From Agarilytica sp. (GTDB lineage Bacteria > Pseudomonadota > Gammaproteobacteria > Pseudomonadales > Cellvibrionaceae), in NCBI GenBank assembly GCA_045430285.1, contig JAILXV010000001.1:236387-300386 (forward strand): a DNA stretch of 64,000 bases. Direction: 5' to 3'. The notes under the pieces are model-generated. The model saw only the letters and a program-made list of their open reading frames with translations. It had not been told where the DNA came from and ran no database searches. Made by a program: the position numbers and the translations under genes. Each line of letters starts with the position of its first letter. The first letter of the stretch is position 1. Of the stretch, positions 28,077 through 38,429 are shown one piece after another.

Positions 28077-30221
28077 TTATTTGGCTTTATAGTTGTGCCA
28101 GCGAATGTCTTTGCCTTGCTTGTTAAATATTCCACCTTTTGATTCTTGTCGGATACTAAATTCAGCGCCGTTAATGGAAATTGTCGCGTTAGGGAAGGTG
28201 CTCTTTTTAACGCTCACTTCGGCTTTTTTGGATTCTTTAAAGTGTCGATTTATCTTGTCGATTGTGGTCGTCATTTTATCGATCTCGCCAGTCAACTCCT
28301 TGAAGACCGTTTTTATCGCTTCAATTTTTTTCGCTTTTCCTATGTCTTGGGGGTTTTCTGTCAGCGCTTTCTTGTATTTCTCAAGCATATCAGAGAGCTG
28401 CGCTGCTTGAGTCTCACGGTTTTTGTGATTTGTAAGTAAGGTCTCGAATTGTTTTTGTTGCTCCGGAGGTGTGCCGGCACAAATTAAGGTTTTAATCCCG
28501 CCGTTTGCGCCGATTTCATTTGCATATACCCCCGCTCTGCCATAACAAACACCGCCAAAGACTTTCCCTTTTCCGCCTTTTTGACCGATCAGTACCTGCT
28601 CTTTTGCTTCTACGTTACCGTGGCTGATGTACTCGCGAATTGCAACGTTACGACCTGCATGAACTTCAGCAAGGTTAACGTATTGCGCCGTCACATCACC
28701 ACCGGCTTTTAATAAAGCGGGGGGGGATTCGTCGCCGTCCTTTGCAGGGTCAGAACCAATAATGCCACATTCCACGGTAATGTTGTTTTTGGCAATCAGT
28801 GTCGCTTTGGTGACCACGCCTTTGATTATAATGTCCCCCGTTACTTTAATTTTCATGCCGGCTTTTACTTCGCCTTTCACCAGCACCGATCCGTCGTAAG
28901 TAATATTTCCGGTACTCATATCGACATTATTGACGACGATCGAGTTATCCACTTTCACACCCTTGGCGAGTATGACGGGGTGCCCCTTACAGGTTGAGAC
29001 AAGTAAGTTGGAATCTTTATCGGATACTTTTGCGCCTAAAAGGTCTTCTTCAAATGAGGAATCATCCGCTTCTGCCGCCGTGATGACTTGGCCTTTCACG
29101 TTGCGCCCGTTTTCACCTGGTTTAGCCGGTGTGCGCCGCATGAGTGGTGTGTCACTTTCGATGAGGGAAAAGCTAATGACTTCTCTAAGGTCTATTTTTC
29201 CGGTTTTACTTTCTTTTGGCTTACTGTATTCAACTTCTTGAACGAGGGGTTCAAAAGTCGCGTCAATGCCATCCACGGGTTCAGTACCGTGAGCAAATTC
29301 AACATCTTCCGCCGTTTTAGCTTTTAGTATGTTATTTAATGCCTCTTGGTCGCAGCAGGCGGCGTATATGCCTTCATTGTCGAGCGCTAGTTTTAGAAGA
29401 TTTTCGTCGAGGTCTCTTCCTCCTTGTGGCGGCGACACCGTCATCCGCGCACTCATAAATTCTTCGTCACAGGTAATTAGAATTTGAGCGTCTCGCTTTT
29501 CACCGATAATAAAACGACCGCGTTCATTCTTACTGGCCTGGTTGTAAAGTTTGTCTAGCGCGTTGGGCTGAAAAAAGAAATCTGAAAAACCTAAGGCCTT
29601 AAGTTCATCCTGAATTGATGATCGGCTGATGAGATTTTCTTCCTCTGTCGCAGAAAGGTCAGCATAAAGGGAGCCGCTGGCTTCGTCTAAAGAGAAACTT
29701 ATCGATGTGTATTCGGGCTTTTTACCTAGTGCGTAGCGTCCATATTGGCGTTGTTTCGCCTTGACGAGAATACCTGAGATATCGTTGTTGTTAATTTCAA
29801 ACTTACTATACCCCTGTTTATCGAGCAGTTCTTTTACAAACCCAAAACTTAGAGGCGGTGCATTTGAGGATTCTGCGAGTACGGCGTATAGGCTTCGAGA
29901 TTGGTGTTCGTACTCCAAAGACAGCCCGACGCCGGCTTGTAATTCACCGAGCTCTACATCCCCAAGTTCTTTGTTTTTGACTTTTCTGACAAGTCCAACA
30001 AGCGTTGCATCATCGACTTCTATTTGGCTATAGCCTTCAGCTTCTAAACGCGCTTTAACGCTTTTTAAATTGATTTCGTCTGCATTTTCACCTGGCGTGA
30101 CCACAGCACGAAGCAGTCTTGAATCTGAGTCCAAAACGAGTTCGTAGGTCACGTGCGATACTTCTGTATCGTCGTTTACCATGTTCTTAGAGAGAGAATC
30201 ACTGGCCACGAGCGTTTGCAT
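28077..30221 (-). CDS. DUF342 / FapA family protein with expanded N-terminal repeats
   Basis: HGTEPVDGIDA, KIDLRE, VDMSTGNITYDGSV.VKGEV, beta-helix repeats and a C-terminal coiled coil. Confidence 0.85.
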   Translation of the reverse strand: MQTLVASDSLSKNMVNDDTEVSHVTYELVLDSDSRLLRAVVTPGENADEINLKSVKARLEAEGYSQIEVDDATLVGLVRKVKNKELGDVELGELQAGVGLSLEYEHQSRSLYAVLAESSNAPPLSFGFVKELLDKQGYSKFEINNNDISGILVKAKQRQYGRYALGKKPEYTSISFSLDEASGSLYADLSATEEENLISRSSIQDELKALGFSDFFFQPNALDKLYNQASKNERGRFIIGEKRDAQILITCDEEFMSARMTVSPPQGGRDLDENLLKLALDNEGIYAACCDQEALNNILKAKTAEDVEFAHGTEPVDGIDATFEPLVQEVEYSKPKESKTGKIDLREVISFSLIESDTPLMRRTPAKPGENGRNVKGQVITAAEADDSSFEEDLLGAKVSDKDSNLLVSTCKGHPVILAKGVKVDNSIVVNNVDMSTGNITYDGSVLVKGEVKAGMKIKVTGDIIIKGVVTKATLIAKNNITVECGIIGSDPAKDGDESPPALLKAGGDVTAQYVNLAEVHAGRNVAIREYISHGNVEAKEQVLIGQKGGKGKVFGGVCYGRAGVYANEIGANGGIKTLICAGTPPEQQKQFETLLTNHKNRETQAAQLSDMLEKYKKALTENPQDIGKAKKIEAIKTVFKELTGEIDKMTTTIDKINRHFKESKKAEVSVKKSTFPNATISINGAEFSIRQESKGGIFNKQGKDIRWHNYKAK

Positions 30222-30878
30222 ATCACTGAAAGAGATAACTCAAGTATAGATGATTGATCGTGAAAAGGAGTTCGGGATCTGGTCCGCAAGGAGATAGAGC
30301 GCGTATGAAGACGTATTTTTTGATGTGACCCGTATGACGCGTTGATTTGCTTAATCGATAGTCAGTATCGATGTTTTTAATGATGTATATGACGTCATTC
30401 TTCTGGTTTTGACGATTTCTGAGTATGAGCCAGATTTGAGATAGTGATACACGGTTTTGAATTAGCCTCGGATCATCGGGTGATTTGGCGAAATATTTAG
30501 CATTTGGATTAGATTAATTTTGATTAAGCTAAGAGGCTTTCATACAAAATAAGCATTAGGGGGGATCTTCGGTTTTTAAGCTTGTCTATTATCTGCTCAG
30601 TATTTCGATCTATTCGATGGCTATTATGCTCAAATTCATAATTTTTCGTTTCTTTCATAGGCTTTTTAGATAAAAACTACGCAATGTTAATTTTATATTC
30701 CTTAACCCCATAATCGAATGAGTTTATAACGTATAAGCATTATGAAAAGGATGGGGTTGTCACCTATATTCACATCAAGATGTTTTTTTGAAGTAGTGCA
30801 CATTTTTATCTATATAAATATGTAAAGCAGTTGTTTGTGCAAATGTCTCTACAAACTTTTTAAAGAGAGTCCAAGTCT

Positions 30879-31841
30879 ATGAAAAATTTGATCAACGCCA
30901 TTGTTGCCCTAGTTGTTGTGGGCTTTTCTTCAGCTGCGATTTCTGCAGAGCAGTGCTCCGCAATTAGTTGTGATTGTGCAAGCCTACCCAGTAAGTCGTG
31001 GGTGGAGACCTGTAAAAATCAGGAAGCCAGGATTATCGCTGATTGCGTAAAAGATTCGAGTAAAGAGCTTGGATTCTGTTCGTTACATGGGCCACTTGCG
31101 AATCGTTTACCTCTTTCACTTAACCTAGAGAAAAAAGAAGCGTTAGCGCTCGAAGAGATTCCCAAGCTTAATAACAAAGTAGCGGCATTGTATTGGGCGA
31201 TTATTAAAGATTTTGAAAGCTTCGAATCAAGAGTTAAATCGTTAGATTTAGATGCAGCACAGGCAAAACTCGATACAGTATCAAATAATGTAGACACTTT
31301 ATTTGGTATTCAACAACAGGTCTCAGCGAGTCTGTTAGCGGATAAAAAAGAGAGTTTGGCTCAATTGGCATGGCGCGATTATTCTGCTGATACTTTGAGT
31401 TTTGGGTCGGACTTCTATATTCGCGGAGAATCTATTTTAAACAGCTATGATGAAATGACGGTTGCGCGTGTAAAAGATCAGTATCGCGACTTGGGCGTAC
31501 AGTTGATGGAGTTATCCGGTAAGGTATATGAACAAGTGGGTTACGCTTACGCAAATGGTATGCGTCATAAGCACGCTGCCCAAGCGTGGAAAAACGCTGC
31601 TTCCGCCTCGGTACTTGTGATGGCACACAATGCAGACAGAGAATCTGCCAAGTTTGAGCGCTTTCAGTCTGCAGCTCGCCTACATCGCGCTAGCTACCAC
31701 TGGGTTTTGGGTACAGGCCGTGGCGGCGCTGAAGAAAGCTTAGCGGAATCTCAAAAGTTTATGGACGATGGCTCCGCGATATCTGGCCTTGTGGAAGAGG
31801 AGCGTCAAATGAAAGCCTCTCGTCCTTATTGGTCAAAATAA
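30879..31841 (+). CDS. Secreted hypothetical protein with a Cys-rich N-terminal domain and helical body
   Basis: Signal peptide ending AISA; five Cys in CSAISCDC..C..C plus CSLHG; AAGAGAG RBS-like run; followed by a terminator. Confidence 0.8.
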   Translation: MKNLINAIVALVVVGFSSAAISAEQCSAISCDCASLPSKSWVETCKNQEARIIADCVKDSSKELGFCSLHGPLANRLPLSLNLEKKEALALEEIPKLNNKVAALYWAIIKDFESFESRVKSLDLDAAQAKLDTVSNNVDTLFGIQQQVSASLLADKKESLAQLAWRDYSADTLSFGSDFYIRGESILNSYDEMTVARVKDQYRDLGVQLMELSGKVYEQVGYAYANGMRHKHAAQAWKNAASASVLVMAHNADRESAKFERFQSAARLHRASYHWVLGTGRGGAEESLAESQKFMDDGSAISGLVEEERQMKASRPYWSK

Positions 31842-31870
31842 TCTTTTTCTTAGTTGTTGGGTTTTAATGT

Positions 31871-31898
31871 AAAAAGAGGGCTTCGGCTCTCTTTTTTT
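31871..31898 (+). terminator. Rho-independent terminator
   Basis: AAAAAGAGGGC-TTCG-GCTCTCTTTTTTT. Confidence 0.85.
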
Positions 31899-32001
31899 GT
31901 TTATTTCTTAGGATTACTCTTTTTGATTTGATGATGAGAATAGGTTACTTTTGTGATTCAATAAAAAGTCACGCCGTTAAGTCTCATAAAACAGGTTATT
32001 C

Positions 32002-32238
32002 ATGTCTAGAAGTTACGCGACTATTCTTCAGCGTCTATGCCAGGATTATGCAAACCACAAACTCAATTTTGACGAGTACAGGAACCGTCGTCGCTTATTA
32101 TTGGTCAAAATTGATGAGCAATTTAATGGCAAACAAGACGATACTGAGGGTGAGCTGACCTCGCCAGGATTGCCTTCAGATGCGTTTGGTATCGCGTCGT
32201 TTTCACCCCCTGACATAACTAGGAAGCCGCGACATTGA
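32002..32238 (+). CDS. Small hypothetical protein (78 aa)
   Basis: Helical N-terminus L..DY..H.L.FDEYR.RRR.LL..ID..FNG; stop overlaps the next start (TTGA). Confidence 0.6.
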   Translation: MSRSYATILQRLCQDYANHKLNFDEYRNRRRLLLVKIDEQFNGKQDDTEGELTSPGLPSDAFGIASFSPPDITRKPRH

Positions 32239-32927
32239 TTGAGCTCAGTCCCATAGAAGCACGTGTTCTTGGATCGTTGATTGAAAAAGAGGTGACAACA
32301 CCAGATCAATACCCTCTATCCCTTAAGGCTGTTACGGTTGCCTGTAATCAAAAAAGTAACCGTGAGCCAGTAATGAACCTTTCGGAGGACGAGGTTCAAA
32401 ATACCTTAGATGCTCTCTCTCACAGAAACCTTGTTGCGGAGGTTCTTTTTGGTGGCCGAGTGGCTAAATATAAACACCGTTTTTGCAATGCTGAATTCAG
32501 CACCTTACACCTTAATCCTCGGCAGTTAGGCGTCGTATGTGTGATGTTATTGCGTGGTCCTCAAACCTTGGGCGAGCTGAGGACACGTACTCAGAGGTTA
32601 TGTGAATTTGCTGATGTTACCGGTGTTGAGTCATGTTTAGATTCTCTCATCCATTTTGACAAGGGGGCGCTTGTTGCAAAATTAGATCGAGAGCCTGGTC
32701 GCAGGGAATCTCGTTTCACCCACCTTTTTTCTGGCCCTCCTATTAACTCCGGTACGAACATGCCTAGTGAGACAAGGCCAGATTTTTCAGAGCCCAGCGG
32801 GACGGAATCAACGATAGAAACTGCCTCCAGTCAATCACAGCGTATTCATGATCTTGAGCAGGAGTTACAGGCACTTAGGTGTGAGTTTGACGCACTCAAA
32901 GCAGAATGGTCTGCGTTTAACGAATAG
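32235..32927 (+). CDS. YceH family protein (DUF480)
   Basis: EARVLGSLIEKEVTTPDQYPLSL, CNQKSNREPVM, LLRGPQTLGELRTR, HLFSG. Confidence 0.93.
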   Translation: MIELSPIEARVLGSLIEKEVTTPDQYPLSLKAVTVACNQKSNREPVMNLSEDEVQNTLDALSHRNLVAEVLFGGRVAKYKHRFCNAEFSTLHLNPRQLGVVCVMLLRGPQTLGELRTRTQRLCEFADVTGVESCLDSLIHFDKGALVAKLDREPGRRESRFTHLFSGPPINSGTNMPSETRPDFSEPSGTESTIETASSQSQRIHDLEQELQALRCEFDALKAEWSAFNE

Positions 32928-33163
32928 CGCATAGTCAGCATAATATCTCCAGTGTTGCATTTTTACTTAGAACTATAGTCCTGTAGCCGTGAGCGCTGCT
33001 TAGAATCATTGCTTATATGTTGAGCGAAATAGTACTTTCTCCTTGTGTATTTTTACACCATAAGGTGAAATTGGCGCTTGGGGAAGAATCTTGATATTCA
33101 TTTCATAAATGGATTAAATCGCGCCTTCTATTTTTTGTCTTTGGCCCTGAATATCGTGTAAGG

Positions 33164-34003
33164 ATGTTCAAGGCCAAAGCAGGTTTACATTCAGATATTA
33201 CGGTTATTGATGTGGTAGAACAAAATGAATTTGCTCGGCTCACAGAGGTCGTTTGTGATCATTTGGCAAGTATTCAGGACGCGCTTAGAGCCTATCAGAA
33301 AGTTGATACGCCACATGATACGACCGTAAGTGAGGAGCTACAGGCGGTTTTGGCTAGAGTTCGCCTCATTGAGAAAGAGTCGGATCAGACAAAAGATTTA
33401 CTGAAAACTGAAAAACATAAGTCTACTCACGATGAATTGACAGGCCTGCCGAATCGCGCGGCCTACAACGAGCGGGCTTTTCATGAGTTAAGGCGGTTCA
33501 AGCGCTATCATCGCCCACTTTCGCTTGCTGTATGTGATATTGATCATTTTAAAAAAATTAATGATCAATACGGTCATCGGGCAGGGGATAAGTCTTTAGC
33601 GCTTATCGCGAAATATCTTGAGTCAAAGTTTAGAACTGTCGATTTTGTCGCGCGTTTAGGTGGGGAGGAATTTGTGATGATTCTACCCGAGACGAACGAA
33701 GATCAAGCGGCCCGAGTGTTAGATAAAATTCGTGACGCCATTGCTAAGATTCCATTCAAATTTAATAAAAAACCTTTTCAGATCTCCGTATCATTTGGTA
33801 TTTCGCAGTTTGTTGCGGATGATACGATGGAATCTGTTTTTGAACGTGCCGATAAAGCCCTTTATGCGGCCAAGACCAACGGCCGGAACCAAGTACGGAT
33901 TGAATCTGCGCCAGAGAAAAAAAAAGATAAACATGTTATCTCGGTCTTAAATAGAAAGACGGCCTCGTCCGATGTTACTCCTGCGATTGTGTCGAAGTTT
34001 TAA
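33164..34003 (+). CDS. Diguanylate cyclase (GGDEF)
   Basis: DELTGLPNR, DIDHFKKIND.YGH..GD, RxxD I-site (RTVD), GGEEF. Confidence 0.93.
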   Translation: MFKAKAGLHSDITVIDVVEQNEFARLTEVVCDHLASIQDALRAYQKVDTPHDTTVSEELQAVLARVRLIEKESDQTKDLLKTEKHKSTHDELTGLPNRAAYNERAFHELRRFKRYHRPLSLAVCDIDHFKKINDQYGHRAGDKSLALIAKYLESKFRTVDFVARLGGEEFVMILPETNEDQAARVLDKIRDAIAKIPFKFNKKPFQISVSFGISQFVADDTMESVFERADKALYAAKTNGRNQVRIESAPEKKKDKHVISVLNRKTASSDVTPAIVSKF

Positions 34004-34132
34004 CCGCTTGGTTTTGATCTAGAGTATTTCCCCTCAATCCTATTGAATGACTGGCGTCATTGACGTCCTACCGCCATAATTCCAGCCCTCGAGTTATATT
34101 CCAATACAACGATATCTAAAGCGAAACCTGTT

Positions 34133-35056
34133 ATGACAATACAGTGGTACCCAGGGCACATGCATAAAGCCCAAAAGGAAATCAAAGAGTCGTTATCGCA
34201 GGTTGATATTGTTATTGAGGTGCTGGATGCACGTATTCCTTTTAGCAGTGAAAACCCTTTAATTGCGAAACTTCGTGGAGAGAAGCCTTGTGTAAAGGTG
34301 TTAAGTAAAAGTGATTTAGCTGATTCTACAGTGGTGAAGTTGTGGCAAGAATACTTTGAGCAAGAGCGTTCGGTGAAAACACTGCCTATTACTAAAGATG
34401 ATCCAAATCACATCAAAAACATTCCTAGCCTATGTAAAAAAATGTTGCCGAACAAGGCGCGGGGGGTGAAGACACGCGCAATGATTGTCGGTATTCCAAA
34501 TGTTGGAAAATCGACGCTTATCAATGTGTTAGCCGGCAGGATGATCGCAAAGACAGGGAATGAACCTGCAGTCACCAAAACGCAACAACATATTCAATTG
34601 GAAGAAGATTTTTTGTTACTGGATACGCCAGGTATTCTTTGGCCAAAACAGGAATACGAAAAATCCAGTTATCGTTTGGCGGCCACTGGCGCCATCAAAG
34701 ATACCGCAATGGAGTATGAGGATGTTGCCTTCTTTACCTACGATTATTTCAAGCAGGCATACCCTGATTTATTAAAAGAACGTTTTCAGCTGGAGACTTT
34801 GCCTCAAACTGAAATAGAGTTTTTTGAAGTTGCTGGGCGACAGCGAGGTTGTCTGGGGCGAGGAGGGCGCGTAGACCTCACAAAAATTTCTGAGCAGTTT
34901 GTTCACGAGTTACGCGCTGGTATGTTGGGGCTTATATGTATGGAAACCCCGTCTATGGTGAGCGCTGAAGTGATCGAGGCAGAAGAAAAAGCAGAGCAGA
35001 AGCGCTTGGCCAAAGAAAAAGCTTTAGAGCGAAAGAAAAAGGGAAAACGTAAATAA
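34133..35056 (+). CDS. ylqF: Ribosome biogenesis GTPase RbgA/YlqF
   Basis: IQWYPGHM, DARIP, GIPNVGKSTLIN, DTPG. Confidence 0.95.
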   Translation: MTIQWYPGHMHKAQKEIKESLSQVDIVIEVLDARIPFSSENPLIAKLRGEKPCVKVLSKSDLADSTVVKLWQEYFEQERSVKTLPITKDDPNHIKNIPSLCKKMLPNKARGVKTRAMIVGIPNVGKSTLINVLAGRMIAKTGNEPAVTKTQQHIQLEEDFLLLDTPGILWPKQEYEKSSYRLAATGAIKDTAMEYEDVAFFTYDYFKQAYPDLLKERFQLETLPQTEIEFFEVAGRQRGCLGRGGRVDLTKISEQFVHELRAGMLGLICMETPSMVSAEVIEAEEKAEQKRLAKEKALERKKKGKRK

Positions 35057-35064
35057 AGTAAGCT

Positions 35065-35126
35065 TAGGCCTTTCCCTCAACACATTCAGGTGCCATATAC
35101 GGCTGAGTTTACGAGGTAAAGGCCTA
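35065..35126. repeat. Inverted repeat between convergent ylqF and hpf
   Basis: TAGGCCTTTCCCTC / GAGGTAAAGGCCTA, 13 of 14 paired, 34-nt spacer. Confidence 0.5.
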
Positions 35127-35152
35127 TCCTGGATGTTTTATTTAATCCAAAT

Positions 35153-35497
35153 TTAGGAGGCGGCGGATTCTTTTTGTGCGGCGGCATCGGCCAAACTTGG
35201 ACCCTTGTGACGCTGAGATTTAGCCGCCCCTTTTTTGTGCGCTAAAGATGCATCCAATTTCTTGACGGCATCGGCCACTGCGGAGTACAAATCGTCGTGA
35301 CTGGCGTCAACAGAAAAGGTTGTGCTCATATACTGCGTATTAATTTCCGCTTTTTGTTCGTTTTTTTCTACGGTTAAGATTACGGTACAGGATTCAATTT
35401 GAGGGTAATGCGATTCAATTTTACTCAGCTTTTGTTTTACGGCGTCACGAATACTGTCGGTAATGTCCAAATGGTGACCAGAAAGCGCAATTCGCAT
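35153..35497 (-). CDS. hpf: Ribosome hibernation promoting factor (HPF/RaiA family)
   Basis: MRIALSGHHLDITDSIR..V..KL..I, DLYSAV...VKKL; GAGAGGA RBS. Confidence 0.9.
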   Translation of the reverse strand: MRIALSGHHLDITDSIRDAVKQKLSKIESHYPQIESCTVILTVEKNEQKAEINTQYMSTTFSVDASHDDLYSAVADAVKKLDASLAHKKGAAKSQRHKGPSLADAAAQKESAAS

Positions 35498-35744
35498 AAT
35501 GTCCTCTCTATTCAATATTGATAAACGTGCTGCTGATTCTAGCACCTCCTCGCCGTTGAAGCTTGTTGATTTGAATCAAGCAGGCATAAAGTCAGCTCTG
35601 CGCCTTCATTTTCGTGAATACAGGCTAAAATTGAATTACATATAACTTATACCGTACTGCGTCATGTATCAGGCCGGTATCCTAGTGCTTCAAACAGATG
35701 TTCGTAACAAAGCAGAGTGTATATTGATTATTTATCGTCCCCGA

Positions 35745-36389
35745 ATGCAAGTGTTGCTCGGGCTGTTCGCCCTGTGTGCGCTTGCGTTTCCTGCTTATTC
35801 AGAGTTTTCAATTAGCGAGAAAGTCTTACTCGCAGTCAGTAAAAAATATGGTGATGGTGCAGTTGAGCGTCTTCACGGCTGGGAGCGTCTTGTTCGTGGT
35901 CATTTACGTACCAAGCCTGCGATAGAGTCTTCTTTAAGGCTTACTAACGATTATTTTAATCAGGTCCGTTGGCTTAGTGACCTAGAGCATTGGGGCCAAG
36001 AGGACTATTGGGCGACGCCCATAGAAACGCTTGCCAGTAACGCGGGAGACTGTGAAGACTTTTCTATTGGAAAATATTTTTCCTTGCTCGAGGAGGCGTT
36101 CGATCCGGAAAAATTGCGTATCACTTATGTTAAATCTTTAACGTATGACCAAGCTCATATGGTCTTGGCGTACTACGAACAGCCGGAATCAGAACCGCTA
36201 ATTCTGGATAATATCAATAAAACGGTGTTGCCCGCGTCTCAGCGTCCTGATCTTGTGCCGATCTATAGCTTTAACGGTAAAAGCATATGGCTGGCGAGGG
36301 ATCGTGGCCGTAAATTGAAGGGCGATAGCCAAGTAAGCTTGCCAAAATGGAAGCAGTTAAATACTCGGATGATGGAAAGTTTAAGGTAA
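35745..36389 (+). CDS. lapG: Periplasmic transglutaminase-like cysteine protease (LapG/BTLCP family)
   Basis: DYWATPIE, GDCEDF, AHMVLAYY, ILDN; hydrophobic signal after ATG 35745 (start uncertain). Confidence 0.9.
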   Translation: MQVLLGLFALCALAFPAYSEFSISEKVLLAVSKKYGDGAVERLHGWERLVRGHLRTKPAIESSLRLTNDYFNQVRWLSDLEHWGQEDYWATPIETLASNAGDCEDFSIGKYFSLLEEAFDPEKLRITYVKSLTYDQAHMVLAYYEQPESEPLILDNINKTVLPASQRPDLVPIYSFNGKSIWLARDRGRKLKGDSQVSLPKWKQLNTRMMESLR

Positions 36390-36423
36390 ATATGCGCGGT
36401 ATAAAGGGGTAAAACGCCAGACG

Positions 36424-36453
36424 AAAAAAAGGCTGCATATTTTGCAGCCTTTT
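36424..36453. terminator. Bidirectional terminator between lapG and gltA
   Basis: AAAAAAA-GGCTGCA-TATTT-TGCAGCC-TTTT. Confidence 0.85.
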
Positions 36454-36472
36454 GGGGTATTTAGACAAACTA

Positions 36473-37783
36473 TTAGAATTGAGGATTTGTCTTTGGGCGA
36501 CTCTCTCGAGAAGATGTTTTACGAGAGGTTTCACCAGTATATAGCTGACGAGGACGACCAATACGGTAGCCTTCAGACGACATTTCATGCCAGTGAGCAA
36601 TCCAGCCAACGGTGCGGCCCGTAGCGAAGATTACGGTGAACATATCAGTTGGAATGCCGATAGCCTTCATGATGATGCCTGAGTAGAAATCAACGTTTGG
36701 ATAGAGTTTTCTTTCTACGAAATACTCGTCTTCCAGCGCGATTTGCTCAAGGCGTTTCGCAATGGCTAGCAATGGATCGTTCTCGATACCAAGCTCAGCA
36801 AGCACTTCATCACATGTTTCTTTCATCACTTTAGCGCGTGGGTCGAAGTTTTTATAAACTCGGTGCCCGAAGCCCATTAGGCGGAAAGGATCGTCTTTGT
36901 CTTTTGCTCGCGCGATAAACTTGTCGATGTTCGACACATCGCCGATTTCGTTAAGCATCGTTAATACGGCTTCATTAGCTCCGCCGTGAGCTGGGCCCCA
37001 CAAAGTGGCAATACCTGCAGCAATACACGCAAATGGGTTAGCGCCAGATGATCCGGCTAAGCGTACTGTTGAAGTAGACGCGTTTTGCTCATGATCAGCA
37101 TGTAACAAGAAGATCTTGTCCATTGCCCGTGCCAATACAGGGTTAACTTTAGGATCATCACAAGGTGTTCCGAACATCATGTGCAGGAAGTTCTCAGAGT
37201 ACCCAAGCTTGTTATCTGGGTACATGAAGGGCTGGCCCTGAGAGTGCTTGTAACACATTGCTGCCAATGTAGGCATTTTTGCAATGAGACGATGAGCAGA
37301 GATGATTCGGCTGCGTTGGTCCGATACATCCAAGGAGTCGTGATAGAAAGCAGATAGTGCTCCGACGATGCCACACATCATGGCCATTGGGTGGGAGTCG
37401 TAGTGGAAGCCACGGAAGAAGCGAGAGATGGATTCATGAACCATAGTGTGGTTACGAATAATGCCAACAAACTCCTCGTATTCTGATTGGTTGGGTAGCT
37501 CACCGTGAAGGAGTAGGAAGCATGTTTCCAAGTAATCGGAATTTTCAGCGAGGTCTTCGATGGGGTATCCGCGATGAAGCAGCACACCTTTGTCGCCATC
37601 GATATAAGTAATGGCAGATTCACAAGCTGCTGTGGATACAAATCCAGGATCGTAAGTGAAAAAGCCTTTTGCCGTTAGCGCTCTCACATCAATAACGTCT
37701 GGGCCAACAGAGCCAGCGTACACCGGTAATTCAATGGGTTCGTCCAGGCCATCGACCGTAAGCTTTGCTTTCTTATCAGTCAT
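36473..37783 (-). CDS. gltA: Citrate synthase (type II)
   Basis: [41 protein letters not shown]. Confidence 0.98.
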   Translation of the reverse strand: MTDKKAKLTVDGLDEPIELPVYAGSVGPDVIDVRALTAKGFFTYDPGFVSTAACESAITYIDGDKGVLLHRGYPIEDLAENSDYLETCFLLLHGELPNQSEYEEFVGIIRNHTMVHESISRFFRGFHYDSHPMAMMCGIVGALSAFYHDSLDVSDQRSRIISAHRLIAKMPTLAAMCYKHSQGQPFMYPDNKLGYSENFLHMMFGTPCDDPKVNPVLARAMDKIFLLHADHEQNASTSTVRLAGSSGANPFACIAAGIATLWGPAHGGANEAVLTMLNEIGDVSNIDKFIARAKDKDDPFRLMGFGHRVYKNFDPRAKVMKETCDEVLAELGIENDPLLAIAKRLEQIALEDEYFVERKLYPNVDFYSGIIMKAIGIPTDMFTVIFATGRTVGWIAHWHEMSSEGYRIGRPRQLYTGETSRKTSSRESRPKTNPQF

Positions 37784-38429
37784 TAAGGACTCCTATATGT
37801 AAAGTGAAAAACAAATTGGACTGTCTAAATCAGAGTAAAACCAAAATCAGTTTTTGACCGAAATCTGGCTAGCCTGCATAAAAGATAGTCAATCTCGAGG
37901 GTTTAGGTCGGCCAACTATATATCGCTCTCGATTTATGTCAATCCGATATTGAGTTTCTATAGTTGTTGAAAATTGCCTATTTTGCGCTCAACGGGTGTT
38001 GAAAAGCGTCGATCTTCCCATTAAACTTAGAACAAATAGCCGGTCTCTGCTAGAAAAAATCGATCAAAAAGCATATTAAATTTTTTTCGCTTCCAAAATT
38101 TTGGGTGCGGAAGTTTTTGGCGTCCGTGTTTTTTCTTTGCCCAATATTGGTGCTTTTTCCACGTGTAATTTGCTGTATATATCATAGTCAAAAACCACAT
38201 AAGTTCTTATAAACATTTGTAATTTTCCCTCCGCATCACTATAATTCGCGCGGACTTTTGAGGCATGAAGTGTAAGTGTCTTTATCGTGAAGTTGGCGTC
38301 TCTAAAGTTATTTAAATGCACATTCAAGCCAGCACGTCATTTTTGTTAGCCTGTTGATAATTGTATTTGGTTTATCCTCTAAACAGTCTTCCTGCCTAAC
38401 AGAATTTAAATATAAGGTGTTACACAAAC

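Noticed and set aside
30354-30372. ATCGATA-N5-TATCGAT palindrome or sigma28 promoter for the FapA gene; shares ATCGAT arms with 10615-10642
   Set aside because: The spacers differ (5 versus 10 nt) and the sigma28 match is at best 5 of 8; likely chance in AT-rich DNA.
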